Of a stretch of DNA of 64,000 nt, positions 11,571 to 24,389 are shown one piece after another. The DNA is taken from assembly GCA_016748015.1 (NCBI GenBank), contig JAAOMT010000735.1, positions 320,291-384,290 on the forward strand, written 5' to 3'. Source of the DNA: Geosiphon pyriformis uo1. Lineage: Eukaryota; Fungi; Glomeromycota. Position numbers and translations under genes: made by a program. A model generated the notes under the pieces. The model was not told the origin of the DNA and did no database searches. It was given only the letters and a program-made list of their open reading frames with translations. How positions within the stretch are numbered: position 1 is the stretch's first letter; every line of letters begins with the position of its first letter.

Positions 11571-14500
11571 TTTTTTTTATGCTTTACAAGCAAAGTCCAA
11601 ACACCACCTAAAACTATACATCAAAGAAATAATCTAAACTAGGCATGAATCATGCATTTTTTATACATAACCAGCCACTCAAACCAGTCAGGACAACACT
11701 ATACTGTTATAACAACAGAAACTGAAAAATCTATACCAAAAAAAAATGAACAGTGTTTACAAAAACCAAAGCAGACACCAAAAGTCTCAGACATCCCAAG
11801 CAATTTAATCACATCAACAGACAACTTCAAAGCTGAGCCAGAAATTGAGACGGGAGCTGAGCCATCTATAGGGATCAGCCCACATTTCTCCATAAAGGCA
11901 TGATGTTTAACATAAACCAACCAAATGTCATTTCTAAAAGCGAGGCAGAGAGAGCACAAAAAATTGGTAATCTTGACACCAGCTACTTTGAGATCCTGGA
12001 AGACAAAAACAGCCTCTGTAAACCATCTATTGAAAACAAAACCCTTAAAAAGAGCTGAGAACACCAAAAAATCCAGAGCACAGGCAGACAACAATTGCAA
12101 CACACACAAAGAGAAAAAGAAGAGACCTGAAAGTTTTTTCCAAGAGGACATGCCCAAATTCAATATCTGGCAATGAACTGAGCTATCGACCATACAAGAA
12201 AACACATGATCTGATACCTCTACCTCTCCACAATACAGACACAGAACATTAAGATAACATCTATCATAAAGATGCTTCCAAACAGCTACGGGAAGCCAAT
12301 GGTGCAAAGCTTTCATGAAGTAGGTATGAGAATTAGCAGTGCATCTACTGATAAAGCCTGTGGCCATGTGCAAGTCAGGGTGCAACATTTGGGAAGATCT
12401 GAGCCAATCAACATCTGAAAGCAAACCACCCACCAGAAAGCCAGAACCAGAACCAACCTCCCAACATACATAACAAACAGCACGAAAAACATTCCAAACA
12501 AAGTGCCTAGAATTACCAAAAACTATACCACCATTGGTTATCAAAAAATGTTCACTCATGTGAAGAGGAAGGAACCAACCAGAGAGAGAAGCAGCATCAG
12601 CAAAACTGTCAGCATATTCATTCCCCAAAATACCAGAGTGGCTCTTCATCTTGTGCCAGCTGACTCTTAAATTCTTGTCATGAATAATATTTCTAATGTG
12701 CTGCCACTTGACCCAACACTGATTGCAGAAGTCAGGACACATCAGATCCAACTCTGATTTGCAAGCATCCAAAGCAGATTGACTATCCAAAAACAAGCAA
12801 ACAGAGCAAGATGTTGGTATATACTCCAGAGCTAAAGCAATGGCCTGCAACTCTGCCAAAGTAAATAAAACCAAACCACAAACTCCAACACCCAAACCCA
12901 AATTAATGTTCTCAAAAAAGACTGCAGCACCAGCTTAACAATCCAGCATGCCCAAATCTTTTAGAGAACTATCAGTATAAACAGACAAACAGCCAGAATC
13001 AACTTGAGAGAGACAATTGCTAACAGACACAAAATCACTAGACTTACAAATGTTCAAAAAGCTAACACTAATCAAATCCGAAGGAAAGGGAGGCAAACCA
13101 CCAAGAAATACAACAGAAAGCTTAAACCACTCAGGAACTGGACCACGAGGGTCCAGTCTTTTCCACTACTTAAAGGTGTACTAGTTAAAGATATCTCTAT
13201 AATGATCATGTAGCTGATCCATAAAGGCAATGCCATAATGCTGGAGGGAAGACAAAAATTTGAGAAACAAAGATTCACCCAGAACAGTAGACATAGACAC
13301 CTCATTACAAAGCTGAAAAAAGCTGGCCAAAGAACCACCCAAAGATAAATTGCAGTCAAGAAGAATGCAAACCATGCCTGATAAAAAATTGTTGGAAGAA
13401 CTAACACAGACACGAACTGGAGAACTCAATGGATAGATGAGACACCAACTTAAAACTTGCAAATCATGAGACCTGTGACTAAATAATCGACCCAGAATCC
13501 CACAGGAGTTCACAAAACTAATAAGTGAAGCAACTTTGCTCTCAGACTGACACTGGAAGAAGGATTTTAAACCATAAAAAAAAAATAGTAAATCATATTA
13601 CCAGGAAAATCGAGAGGAAGACCAGATTTAAGCTTTAAACTCTTGCAAACCAGAGCATCTCATTTGTTGCATACACCAACAGGAACTAGGCTGAACTGTA
13701 TTCTGTAGCTGATTATAGGATAGAGAACTACTAACACCAGGTACAAGAACTGCTTATTTGAAACCACTTTTTGCAGAACCAAATTACTGAAGAAATGAAT
13801 GTCCAAATGGGCTTTAGCCAAGTTAGACCTAAAAAGACCATCAGTAGAAAGAAAGATACCAAGATACCAATGAGATTCATCTTTTTTGGCTATGGAAATA
13901 GGTAAATCACTAATGAAAAGAGACAAACTGCTGATTTTGCTATTGATAGGAATGACCACAGTTTTGTCATTATTGATTGAAATATCATTAATTCGAAAGA
14001 ATTTACTAGCAATGTTGAGAATATGTTGAGTAGCAGCTTGACTGCTGTTAACCCAAATTGTGTCGTCAACAAAGACCCCAGCAGCAAAAAAGAATATAAG
14101 CCCAGCCAGAGATTCAGTACAACTACTCTTGGAGATAAAATAAGAATTGAGTCTATATCCATACACACTCTTCTGGCACTTGACTTTACACAAAAGCAGA
14201 TCATAAAATATGCACCAAAGAAGAGATGAAAAAACTTCTCCTTGGTCTAACCCATTATATACATAATAGCTATCAGTTAAACCAAAATCTGTTATAACCT
14301 GATTGGTCCAATTTCTATGAATACCACTGAAAAACTGAATAAACCTGTCACACATTTTGATCCTGACCAAACACCTCTTGAAATACTCCCATCTAACAAA
14401 ATTGTATGCTTTTTGCATGTTCTATAACACCAGCCAGAGCTCCTGATCCTTCTCCAAAGCATTCTTAACAACTGAACCAATAGCAAAAATAGGAGTTTGG

Positions 14501-17500
14501 GTTGTTATATCCTTTAAAACTGAAAAATTATCCCCACAAAAAATGTCATGAGTACTGTATACCAGTGATATTCTGTTAGAGAGAATCTTGAAGAGGATTT
14601 TGCGAACTGTTTCAATCAAAGCTATAGGTCAGGTATTTGTGAGAACACCCTCCCACTTATATGGTTTAGGAATTATTGAAACTCAAGCTTCCCTTCAAGA
14701 ACCAGGTATGGACTCACGAAACAGACAAGAATTTAGAAGCACCAAGAGCATATCCAGAACAGACCTGTCACAATGTTTCTACAACTCATTTAAAATACCC
14801 AAAAAACTGGCAGCCTTGCCAACAGGTAGATCAAAAACCATGCCAAACAATTCCAAAAACTTAATTGGTTGCATTACACCCCAAAAAGCCTCATCAAAAA
14901 CATAACTTAAAGGCTGATATTAACAGTGCCACTCTTTTGAGATATTGGAAACAACTTTATGCTTCTTAGTCCAGCCCTCCATAATTTCATCCATCTTTGA
15001 TCTTACAGGACCAGATTCCAAAATCAGCTTATTATCTACAACCAAGTGATCCAAAATGACCTTGTGGAAAGAACACTCCAGAACACTTCAAATAGTGTGA
15101 CATTTGTTCATCTTGAAATTTTTCATCCTCTTGTTGATCGCCAATTTGATTTGAGATTCCTTTACACACTTTAGATTCTGTCAGTTTAAGTGAGCAATAA
15201 GTTTTCCTAATCTTTGAAAGAGCTGACCAAACAGTATTAAAAGGAGAGCCAGAAAGAAAGAGAGATCTAACCATGGAAGCATTATCATTATCAAGAGAAC
15301 CCCAGACATCCAACAGTGAAATAAACTTGTCATGACAGATCGACCAAGAAGCCTTAACTAATCTTAATACCAAAAGTTCTAATTTATGAAATTTGGATGA
15401 TTTCTTAGTAAAGACACCATTATAGTTCTTGAACCATTTCTTTTTAAACATCTCATTAGCCAAAAGAACCATTATCTTGCAAACAATGTCCCACATTGCA
15501 TCCAAATCTGAGAATCTCATAGTAGCAGCAAACTTATCTGAAAACATTGTGGCATTAACTAACATGACATGCTTAAAATCAATTCATTTACTTTCATCAG
15601 CACTCTTAAAATCAAACTTCCATTAGTCTCTATTTGCTTGCTTGCAAAGAGAGTTTAGCTGTGTATCCAAAAGTCCACCCAAACCCACAGACACAGAAAC
15701 AAATTAATGATCTGGGTCAAAATGCTCACTGACTTTTGAAACATTGCAATTCACTATCGCATTGACTAGATTTGAGGAAACAAGTACATAATCAATTGTC
15801 TTTATGACACACCTAGAATTTGCCCAAGTATGCTTCTTTACAGCTGGGCTACCAACCAAAAAATTAACTAGTCCTAAATCAAGGCATTTCTTGAAACTTG
15901 CACACCTGCAAAAACCATCTTTATTAAAATCACCACCAAGAATGACAAAAGAAGATTTATTGACCACCTTCGCAATAAGAAAGTTGATATCACCAGCCTA
16001 AAAAAACCGAACCACTGAAGAGGCGCCAGCATAAAGTCCCAAAATTGACACTGAAAGTTTATTCTTGAAAAGCAACTTGACAGACAGGAGCTGACCAGAC
16101 ACTTTATAGATTTTACTCACATGCTGAGCCAGAGAAACATCCATAATTATGACAACCTCAGCACCAAGAAAACCCATATCCAAACCAGAAGTAAAAATCC
16201 AAACACCATCAAACCTATCTTTGACTCATAATCTACAGCCAGACCTTAATTTTGTTTTCATAACTATCAAGACCAAATTTCTTATTTCCTTATGCCAACA
16301 AATAATGTCTTCCTGCTTAGTAGGGACATTGATACCCCAAACACTACACATAGCAATTTTCCAAATCAGATCTGTCATTGAGAAAGATGAAGAATAGGAA
16401 CCAAACTAGCATTGTCCATCTTAGCTGAAAGGCTCATAACCATGACAGAAAAATTTTTCAACATTTCCTCCATTCTTGAAACAATCAAAGAGTCAAAAAC
16501 AGCTGCTCTCACAACAGTTCCACCATTAGTGGCCACACCCAAACTCTCACTCATCACTATATCCATCTCTTGATTCTGTGATGAAAGAGTTACCAATAGC
16601 TAACATTCAGGGCTAAGCTGGGAAACCATTGACCCAGGTGTGTCCAACCTCTTAGCCAGCTTATCCACATGCTCTGCGAGGCTGGCAAGACTGTGCTCAA
16701 GAGCAGCAAACCTATTATCTAATACTGAAGACACTTGTGGGATAGACTTCATCTCCAAAGAGGAGCCATTGTTCAACAAAACATTACAAACAAGGAGAGG
16801 AGGAAAGGAAGACCCAATAATAATCTTGGCTCACAAGACACCACTAAAAGAGACAGGATAAGCAACAGGTGCTGAATGCTTGGCATAAATGGCTGCCAGT
16901 CTGCTTTTATCTACATGTGAGAGAACCTGACGTGGCAAGCCACTAGAGAAAGATTTCTTATTTGTAACACAGCCCAGAGAGGTATGACCCAGTTTTCCAT
17001 ACTTTGTACACACAGCAGAACCAAAATAAGACCAACAAAAATGAACACCTTTTAACACAGGTGTGGTTTTTATGACAGCATCCAATAATTCAGCTGACTC
17101 AAAACAAACAACGGCACATCTGGCCTGGGCATATGTGATTGGATGACAATCAATCTTACATGTTTTTTCACTTACAGAACTAATGAAGTCTCATATGTTG
17201 TGAGCATTTGTTCCCATTGGAAAGGTATAGAACAGCGCCCTATAATAATTCCTCTCATCTCATGTTATTTTGTCCAAATCCAATCTAGCAACACGCACTG
17301 TATCTTTTCCAATTAGAATAGACCACCTAGCTGCTAAAAGATCTACATGAATGTGCTTTTCAAACTCAATGATCGCCTTTTGTTACAGCCCTACTAATTG
17401 CATTTTGATTGACTTAATTGTACCAAATTTGGATAGTGCAACATGCACAGCCTCAGCAGATGTTCCAACTGAAATTTTCTTCAACATCACAGTCCGATCT

Positions 17501-18309
17501 GAGTGACCAGTTAATTTCTTGAGATCGGCATTCACTAGGATCTTCATATCAGTAGCCAACTTGGTAGTTTTTATCAAACTCAATTTGGAAGTAAATGTTG
17601 TCTGGATGATCCCAAAAAATTTTGAAGGGATAGAGGTCTTCCCAAAACCATTGATTTTCAAAAATAATTTCCTGACCATAGCCAGTTTGTCCTAAGCAGA
17701 TTTTTCAGAAATATTGACCAGATCAAAATCCAAAGCAAAAGACTTCTTTACAGACACATTGACCAAATTTTTGAGAGGAGGAGGAAGCACTACAGACTCA
17801 TCCAAGAGAATGTCATCATCATCATCATTGCTCAGAAAGTTGATTTTGCCCAAAGGCTTGTCCAAAGCCTGCTTGGTAATTATTCTCAGACCCTTTGGCG
17901 TTTGGTTAATGTCCTTTCTTTTAAGAGCATCTCTCTCTTCATAATCCACACTAGTTTCTTCAATCAAAAATTCCTCCTCCATATCTACACTGTCAAATTC
18001 GGTGGTATCACCAGCTTTAGACTCCCAAAAACCACCAACTGGTTTACTAAATAAAACCATATTATGAACAATACCATCTTTCAAAATACCCTCTTTTTTT
18101 TTCTTTTGAGAGACAACATCTTTACTAACAGTATTCACACCAAAGCCCTTGACAAACTTCTTCATTGCAGCCACACTGGAATCAACAATAGTCTTATAAT
18201 CAAGCAGAAAAGGTTTTGACTTATTGTACTGAATTGTAAAAAACTTCTTTCAAAAAACTTTCTTGACTTTTTGTTAAGAATTTGGGACAAAAGAGAAAAA
18301 AAAGTTTTA
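11571..18309 (-). mobile_element. LINE copy B: full length, decayed, tail-to-tail with copy A
   Basis: Poly-T (tail) at ~11569-11578. ORF2 fragments (GGDFN, TIDY, MQKAY, VFVDD, YLGI, AELQAI, CLYCGEVEVSDHVFSC). ORF1 fragments 16375-18234. Candidate 8-bp TSD CAAACATT at 11563-11570 and 18310-18317. Confidence 0.95.
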
Positions 18310-19599
18310 CAAACATTAATTTACAATAGTAACAAATACTAAATTAAAATATTAAAAAAAGTATTATAATATATTTTTAAATAAAACTACAAATATATAT
18401 ATATATATAATAGTTTTAATATTAAGAAAAATAATTTTATTAGCTTTTAATCTTTTACTTTAATTATTTTTTAATCTTTATTTTTAATAAATATTTAAAA
18501 AAATAATATTTACTAGTACTATTTTTTAAATAAAATTATTATTTATTAGTTAAATTTTTTAAAAAAATTATTTTTGATCAAAATTATTCATATTATTATT
18601 AATTAATAAAAGTTTTATTGTAAAAATTAAAAAAAGTGCTAAAAATTATTAATATTCTGTGTTTTTAGATTAGAAAAACACATCAAAAAATTGCAAAATA
18701 GTTTCAAAAAATTTCAAAACAGTAAATAAATTTTAATTTAGTTTCTGAAAAAAATATATAAATATATACAATTAAAAAAAAATAACTTATATTGTAATAT
18801 CAAAGAAAAATTTTAAAAATATTAGTAAAAATTTCAAAAATACCAGAAATATCGATAATAACTTAAAAAAATTATAGAAATTTCAAAAATTTTATATTAT
18901 AAAAATTTATATATATATATAAAAATATTAAAAACAGAAAAAATAAATAAGTTTAGTTAAAAACAAGTTTAATTTCTATCTTTTTAAGTAACTTTTATAG
19001 TTAGCAATCTAATATTTAAAGTTTATAATTATTATAAATAAAATTATTAAATTATATTATCTAAATACAATTTTATAAATACTCTTTATCTTATTAAAAT
19101 TCAATTATTTTTTTATTAATATTAATAATATTAATACAAAACTATTAATAATACTAAAAAAATAGTTTTAATTATAATTATTAATAAAATATTAATTTTT
19201 TATTTTTTATTTATTTTATATTTATCAATTAATTAATTAAAAGTATTAAGATTATAATATAAAGAATTTTTGATAAAAAATAACAAAAAAAAATATAAAA
19301 TATAGTCAAAAAACTATAATTGCTTACCAAAAAAATAAAAAACATCAGAATAAACTAGTTACTATGTTAAAAAAGTTAAATATTAAGTATTATTTATTAT
19401 TAATATTAAATTTTTGTTTATTATACAAAGAATTTTATTAATAAAATTTTCAGAAAATTTTTAGATTAACTTATAAGTATTAAGTTATAAAAAACTTTAA
19501 TAATTCAAAAATAATTTATAATATTATATTAATTAAGTCTGTTATTAAGTTAATTGGTTTTTTGATTACTTTGGTTTTTTTTGTTAAAATTATTTAAAT
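18310..19599. other. Extremely AT-rich spacer between LINE B and LINE C
   Basis: Nearly devoid of C/G by inspection and has no ORFs of 60 aa or more; possibly older hypermutated repeat DNA. Confidence 0.6.
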
Positions 19600-19733
19600 A
19601 TTTTTTTTTATTATTGCTTAATGAGTGAGGTCCAAACACAACCTAGCACTATACATCAAGGAATTGATCTAAACTAGGCGTGAATTATGCACTTTCTACA
19701 CGTGACCAGCCACTCGGACTGATCAGAACAACA

Positions 19734-22700
19734 CTATGCAGCTATATGAACCAACACTGATTCACCTATACCTGAAAAGAACAAGCAAGCTTTGCGAAAA
19801 CCAAAATGAACACCTAAAGCACTAGTAATGCCAAGTAACCTAACCACCCCTGCAGAGAACCTCAAAGCCAAACCATGAACCGAGACGACGGCTGAACCAT
19901 CTAGTGGAATCAGTCCATTCTTCTCCATATACGCATAATGCTTAGCACAAATCGACCAGACATCCTCCTTGAAAGCAAGACCAAGAGAGCACACAAACTT
20001 GACAATCTCCAAAACAGCAATCTTGGGGTCGTGAAAGACAGAAACAGCCTCACTAAACCATCTATTGAAAACAAAGCCCTTAAAAAGAGCCATAGACACA
20101 GAGGAATCAGAAACACTGGATGACAACAGCTGCAATATATCCGAAGAGGAGTGAGATGAGCCAGAAAGTGCTTTCCAGGACCCTATATGAGAATTCAGCA
20201 ACTGGCGCCAAACAGACTCGTCAACCTTGCAAGAGAACACATGATCCAACACCTCCACCTTACCACAATACAAGCACAACATGCTAGGATAACGTTTATC
20301 ATAGAGACACTTCTGAACAGCAACCGGCAACTGATGGTGCAAAGACTTCATAAAATAAGTACGCACACTGGACGAATACCTGCTGGTGAATCCTACAGCC
20401 ATGTGCAAATCAGAATGCCACACCAATGACAAATGAGGCCAATCAACCTCAGAAGACAAGCTGCCAACCAAAACCCCAGAACTGGAACCAACCTCTCATC
20501 GCGCACGACAAATAGAACAATAAATATCACAAACAAAATGCCTCAAATTTCCAGAAACAACATCACCATCAGCTGCCAAGAAGTGCTCACTCAAGCGAAG
20601 GGGAAGATACCAATTGGAGAGAGAAGCAGCACCAGCAATCGCATCGGCACGCTCGTTTCCCGAAACACCAGAATAACCCTTCACCTTGTGAAAGCTAACT
20701 CTTAACTTCTTACTGCGAATTACGTTGACAATATGATGATGTTCGACCCAACACTGATTACGAAAATCGGGACACACCAGATCTAACTCCGACCTGCAAG
20801 CATCCAATGCCAATTGACTATCTGAGAACAAACAAACAGAGCTTGACGGGGGAACACACTCCAGAGCTAAAGCAACAGCCTGCAATTCTGCCAAAGTAGA
20901 CGACATCAAACCCAAAACCCTTACGCCCAAACCCAAACCAATGTCCTCAAAAAAAACAGCAGCACCAGCTCTACAGCCAACCGTGCCAAGACCACTAAGA
21001 GATCTATCCGTATACACTGACAGGCTGCTAGCACCGGTTGCCAAGAGATGATCACGAATAGACACAAATCCACCAGACTCAAGAATGTTCGAAGAACTAC
21101 CATCTCCCAAAACTAGAGACTGAACGTAAGAAGATCCTACACTATTGAGAAACAAAACAGAATGCTTGAACCACTCAGGAACTGGGCCACGGAGGTCCAA
21201 TTTCTTCCACCACTTGAAAGTGTACCAATCATAGACAGCACCATGACGGTCACGAAGTTGATTCACAAAGGCAATACCATACCACCGAAGGGAAGGGAGA
21301 AACTTGAGAAACCTTGACTCACCCAGAACCTCAGACATAGGCACTCCACCATGAGACTGAAAGGAACTAACCAAAGAGCCACCCAGAGACACATTGCAAT
21401 CGACAAAAACACGAACCATGCCTGCCAGAAAGTTATTAGAAGCACTGACACAAATACGAACAGGAGAACACAATGGATGAACAGGGCGCCAACACAGAAC
21501 TTGCAAGTCATGAGACCTGTGGGAAAACAAACAACCCAAGATACCACCAGAGTTCACAAAACTGACAAGAGAAGTGATCTTGCTTTCAGATTGAACTTGA
21601 GAAAATGACTTCAAACCATAAAACGAAGGGTGGTAAACCACATCATTGGGGAAATCGAGTGGCAAACCGGACTTAAGCTTCAAACCTTTACGAATCAGAG
21701 CATTCCACTTCCCGCACACACCAACAGGAATAAAACTGAACTGAGTTCTATAGCTAACTATTGGATGCAGAACTGCCGACACCAAATACAAAAACTGCTT
21801 ATCTGAGACCACCTTCCTCAACACCAGATTGGTGAAAAAGCGAATGTCCAAATACGCCTTAGCCAAGCTAGGCTTCGAAAGACCCTCAGTTGACAGGAAA
21901 ATGCCCAGATATTGGTAAGATTCTCCCTTTTTGGCAATAGAAATGGGTGAACTGCTAATAGACAGGGAGGGACTGCTGACTCTGTTATTGATAGGAATGG
22001 CTACTGTTTTGTTGTTGTTAATAGAAATGTCATTGATAAAAAAAAATTCACTAGCAACATTGAAAATATGTTGAGTAGCCATCTGACTGCTACCAACCCA
22101 AATTGTATCATCAACAAAAGCACCAGCGGCAAAAAAAGAAGAAAACCCAGCCTGGGATTCGGAACGACCATTCTTGGAAACAAAGTGAGAGTTCAACCTA
22201 TACCCACATACACTCTCCTGTCTCTTGACTTCGCACAAAAGAGGATCATAAAATATGCGCCAGAGAAAAGAAGAGAAGACCTCTCTCTGGTCCAAACCAT
22301 CGTGCACACGGTAATCACTTGTCAGTCCAAAATCAGTCATGACTCGGTTGGTACAATCCCTATGAATACCACCAAAAAACTGAATAAATTTGCTACACAT
22401 CTTAATCCTGACCAAACTTTTCTCGAGATGCTCCCAGCCAACCAAATCATATGCCTTCCGCATGTCCTGCAGAACCAGCCATAGCTCCCTGTTTTTTTCC
22501 AAAGCATCTTTGACCACCAAACCAATTGCAAAAATAGGGGACTGGGTTGTCATACTCTTCAAAACTGAGAAATTAGCCCCTTGAAGCATGTCAAAAGTAC
22601 TGCACGCCAAAGAAATCCTGTCCGAGAGTATCTTGGAAAGAACCTTGCGAGCCATTTCAATTAAAGCAATAGAATATGTGTTCATTAAAACATCTTCCCA

Positions 22701-24389
22701 CTCATAAGGTTTCGGAATCATCGAGACTCATGCTTCCTTCCAAGGGCTGGGCACTAATTCATTAGACAAACAAGAGTTCAAGAGCACCAACAACATATCC
22801 AAAACTGACCTATCACAATGTTTCCAAAGCTCATTTGAAATACCCGACAAACCAGCAAGGAACTCATCATACCCAATTGAACACATGACACCAGAAAAAG
22901 CTTCGTCAAAAACATACTCCAGTGGCTGATATTGGAGACGCCAATCATCCGAGACATTATCGACCACCCGACGCTTCCTAGTCCAACTTTCCATAATTGC
23001 ATCAACCTTGGACTTGACTTGCTCAGGTTCCAAAATCAACTCGTCATTAACCATCAAATGATCCAGCACAATCTTACGAAATGGCCGCTCCAACACACTT
23101 CTTATTGTATGACCTTTATTTACCTCAAAGCTTTCCATCCTCTTGTCTATCGCAGATCTGATGCATGCTTCTTTAGCACTCTGAGATTCAATGAGCTTGG
23201 ACTTTCGATAAGATTTCCTGGCACCAAAAAGAGCAGAACAAACATGACCAGATTCCACATCAGAGTCCACCAGATCCTGAATGACCGAAGCCTTGACATT
23301 GTCCAGAGTAGCCCAACACCTCATGAGAGAAGCAAAATCCACAGCACACTTCACACGAAATGCCTTAATAATTTTTGAAACCAAAAGCTCCAACTTGTGG
23401 AATCTTGACGACTCTTTGGTAAAGACACCATCAAATTCCTTGAACCACTTTTTCTTGAACACTTTATTAGCCGAAAGAATCATTATTCTGCGAACAACAT
23501 CTCACATTGCATCCAAATCCAAAAACTTCACAGAAACAGCAAATTCATCTGAGAACATTGTTGCATTAGCCAATGTGGCACACTTAAAATCGATCCATTT
23601 ACTCTCATTAGCACCCTTGAAATCAAACTTCCATCTGTCTTTGTTTGCTTGCTTATGAAAAGAGCTCAATTGCATATCCAGAAGCCCATCCAGACCCAAA
23701 GACACTGAAACAGCTTGATGATCCATGTCAAAGTGCTCACTGACACCCGAAACATTACAATGTACCATCGCATTGACCAGATTTGGAGAGACAAACACGT
23801 AATCAATCGTTCTTTTGACACCCCTAGAATTCTTCCAAGTAGGCATTTTCACAGCTGGGCTCCCGACCAAAGAGTTAATCAATCCCAAATCAAGGCACTT
23901 CCTGAAACTCGCACACTTATGAGAGCCGTCTTCATTAAAATCGCCACCGAGGATAACAAAGGAGGACTTGTTAACAGCCTTTGCGATGATAGAGTTGATT
24001 TCGCCCGTCTGAGAGAACCAGACCACCAAAGAAGCACCAGCGTACAGTCCCAAAATTGACACAGAGAGCCTGTTCTTGAAAAGTAACTTGATAGACAACA
24101 ACTGACCCGGGACCTCAGATATCTTGTACACATGTCTCACCAAAGAAGAGTTCATAACCACCGCCACACCAGCACCCAGATACCCAGAATTCAAACCAGT
24201 AGTAAACACCCAAACCCCATCAAACTTGTTAATGATCCAGGGCCGAACCTTACCTTTTAACTTAGTTTCAGTAAAAATCGAAATTGAATTGTCCATGTTC
24301 TTATGCCAACGAACGACATCACTCTGCTTCGCAGGGTTGTTCATTCCTCTAACATTGCATGTAGCAACTTTCCATACTAATTCACTCAT
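19734..24389 (-). pseudogene. LINE C ORF2 (~1550 codons: APE, RT, RNase H, CCHC)
   Basis: Four same-frame fragments split by three TGG>TGA stops (23502, 22728, 20496). Motifs TCNVRG, ETKL, GGDFN, TIDY, QDMRKAYD, AFVDD, YLGI, VYTD(R)S, AELQA, SDSQ, KVKG.SG..GNERAD, CLYCG.VE..DHVFSC. 11-codon in-frame deletion near 22858 relative to copy D. Confidence 0.95.
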
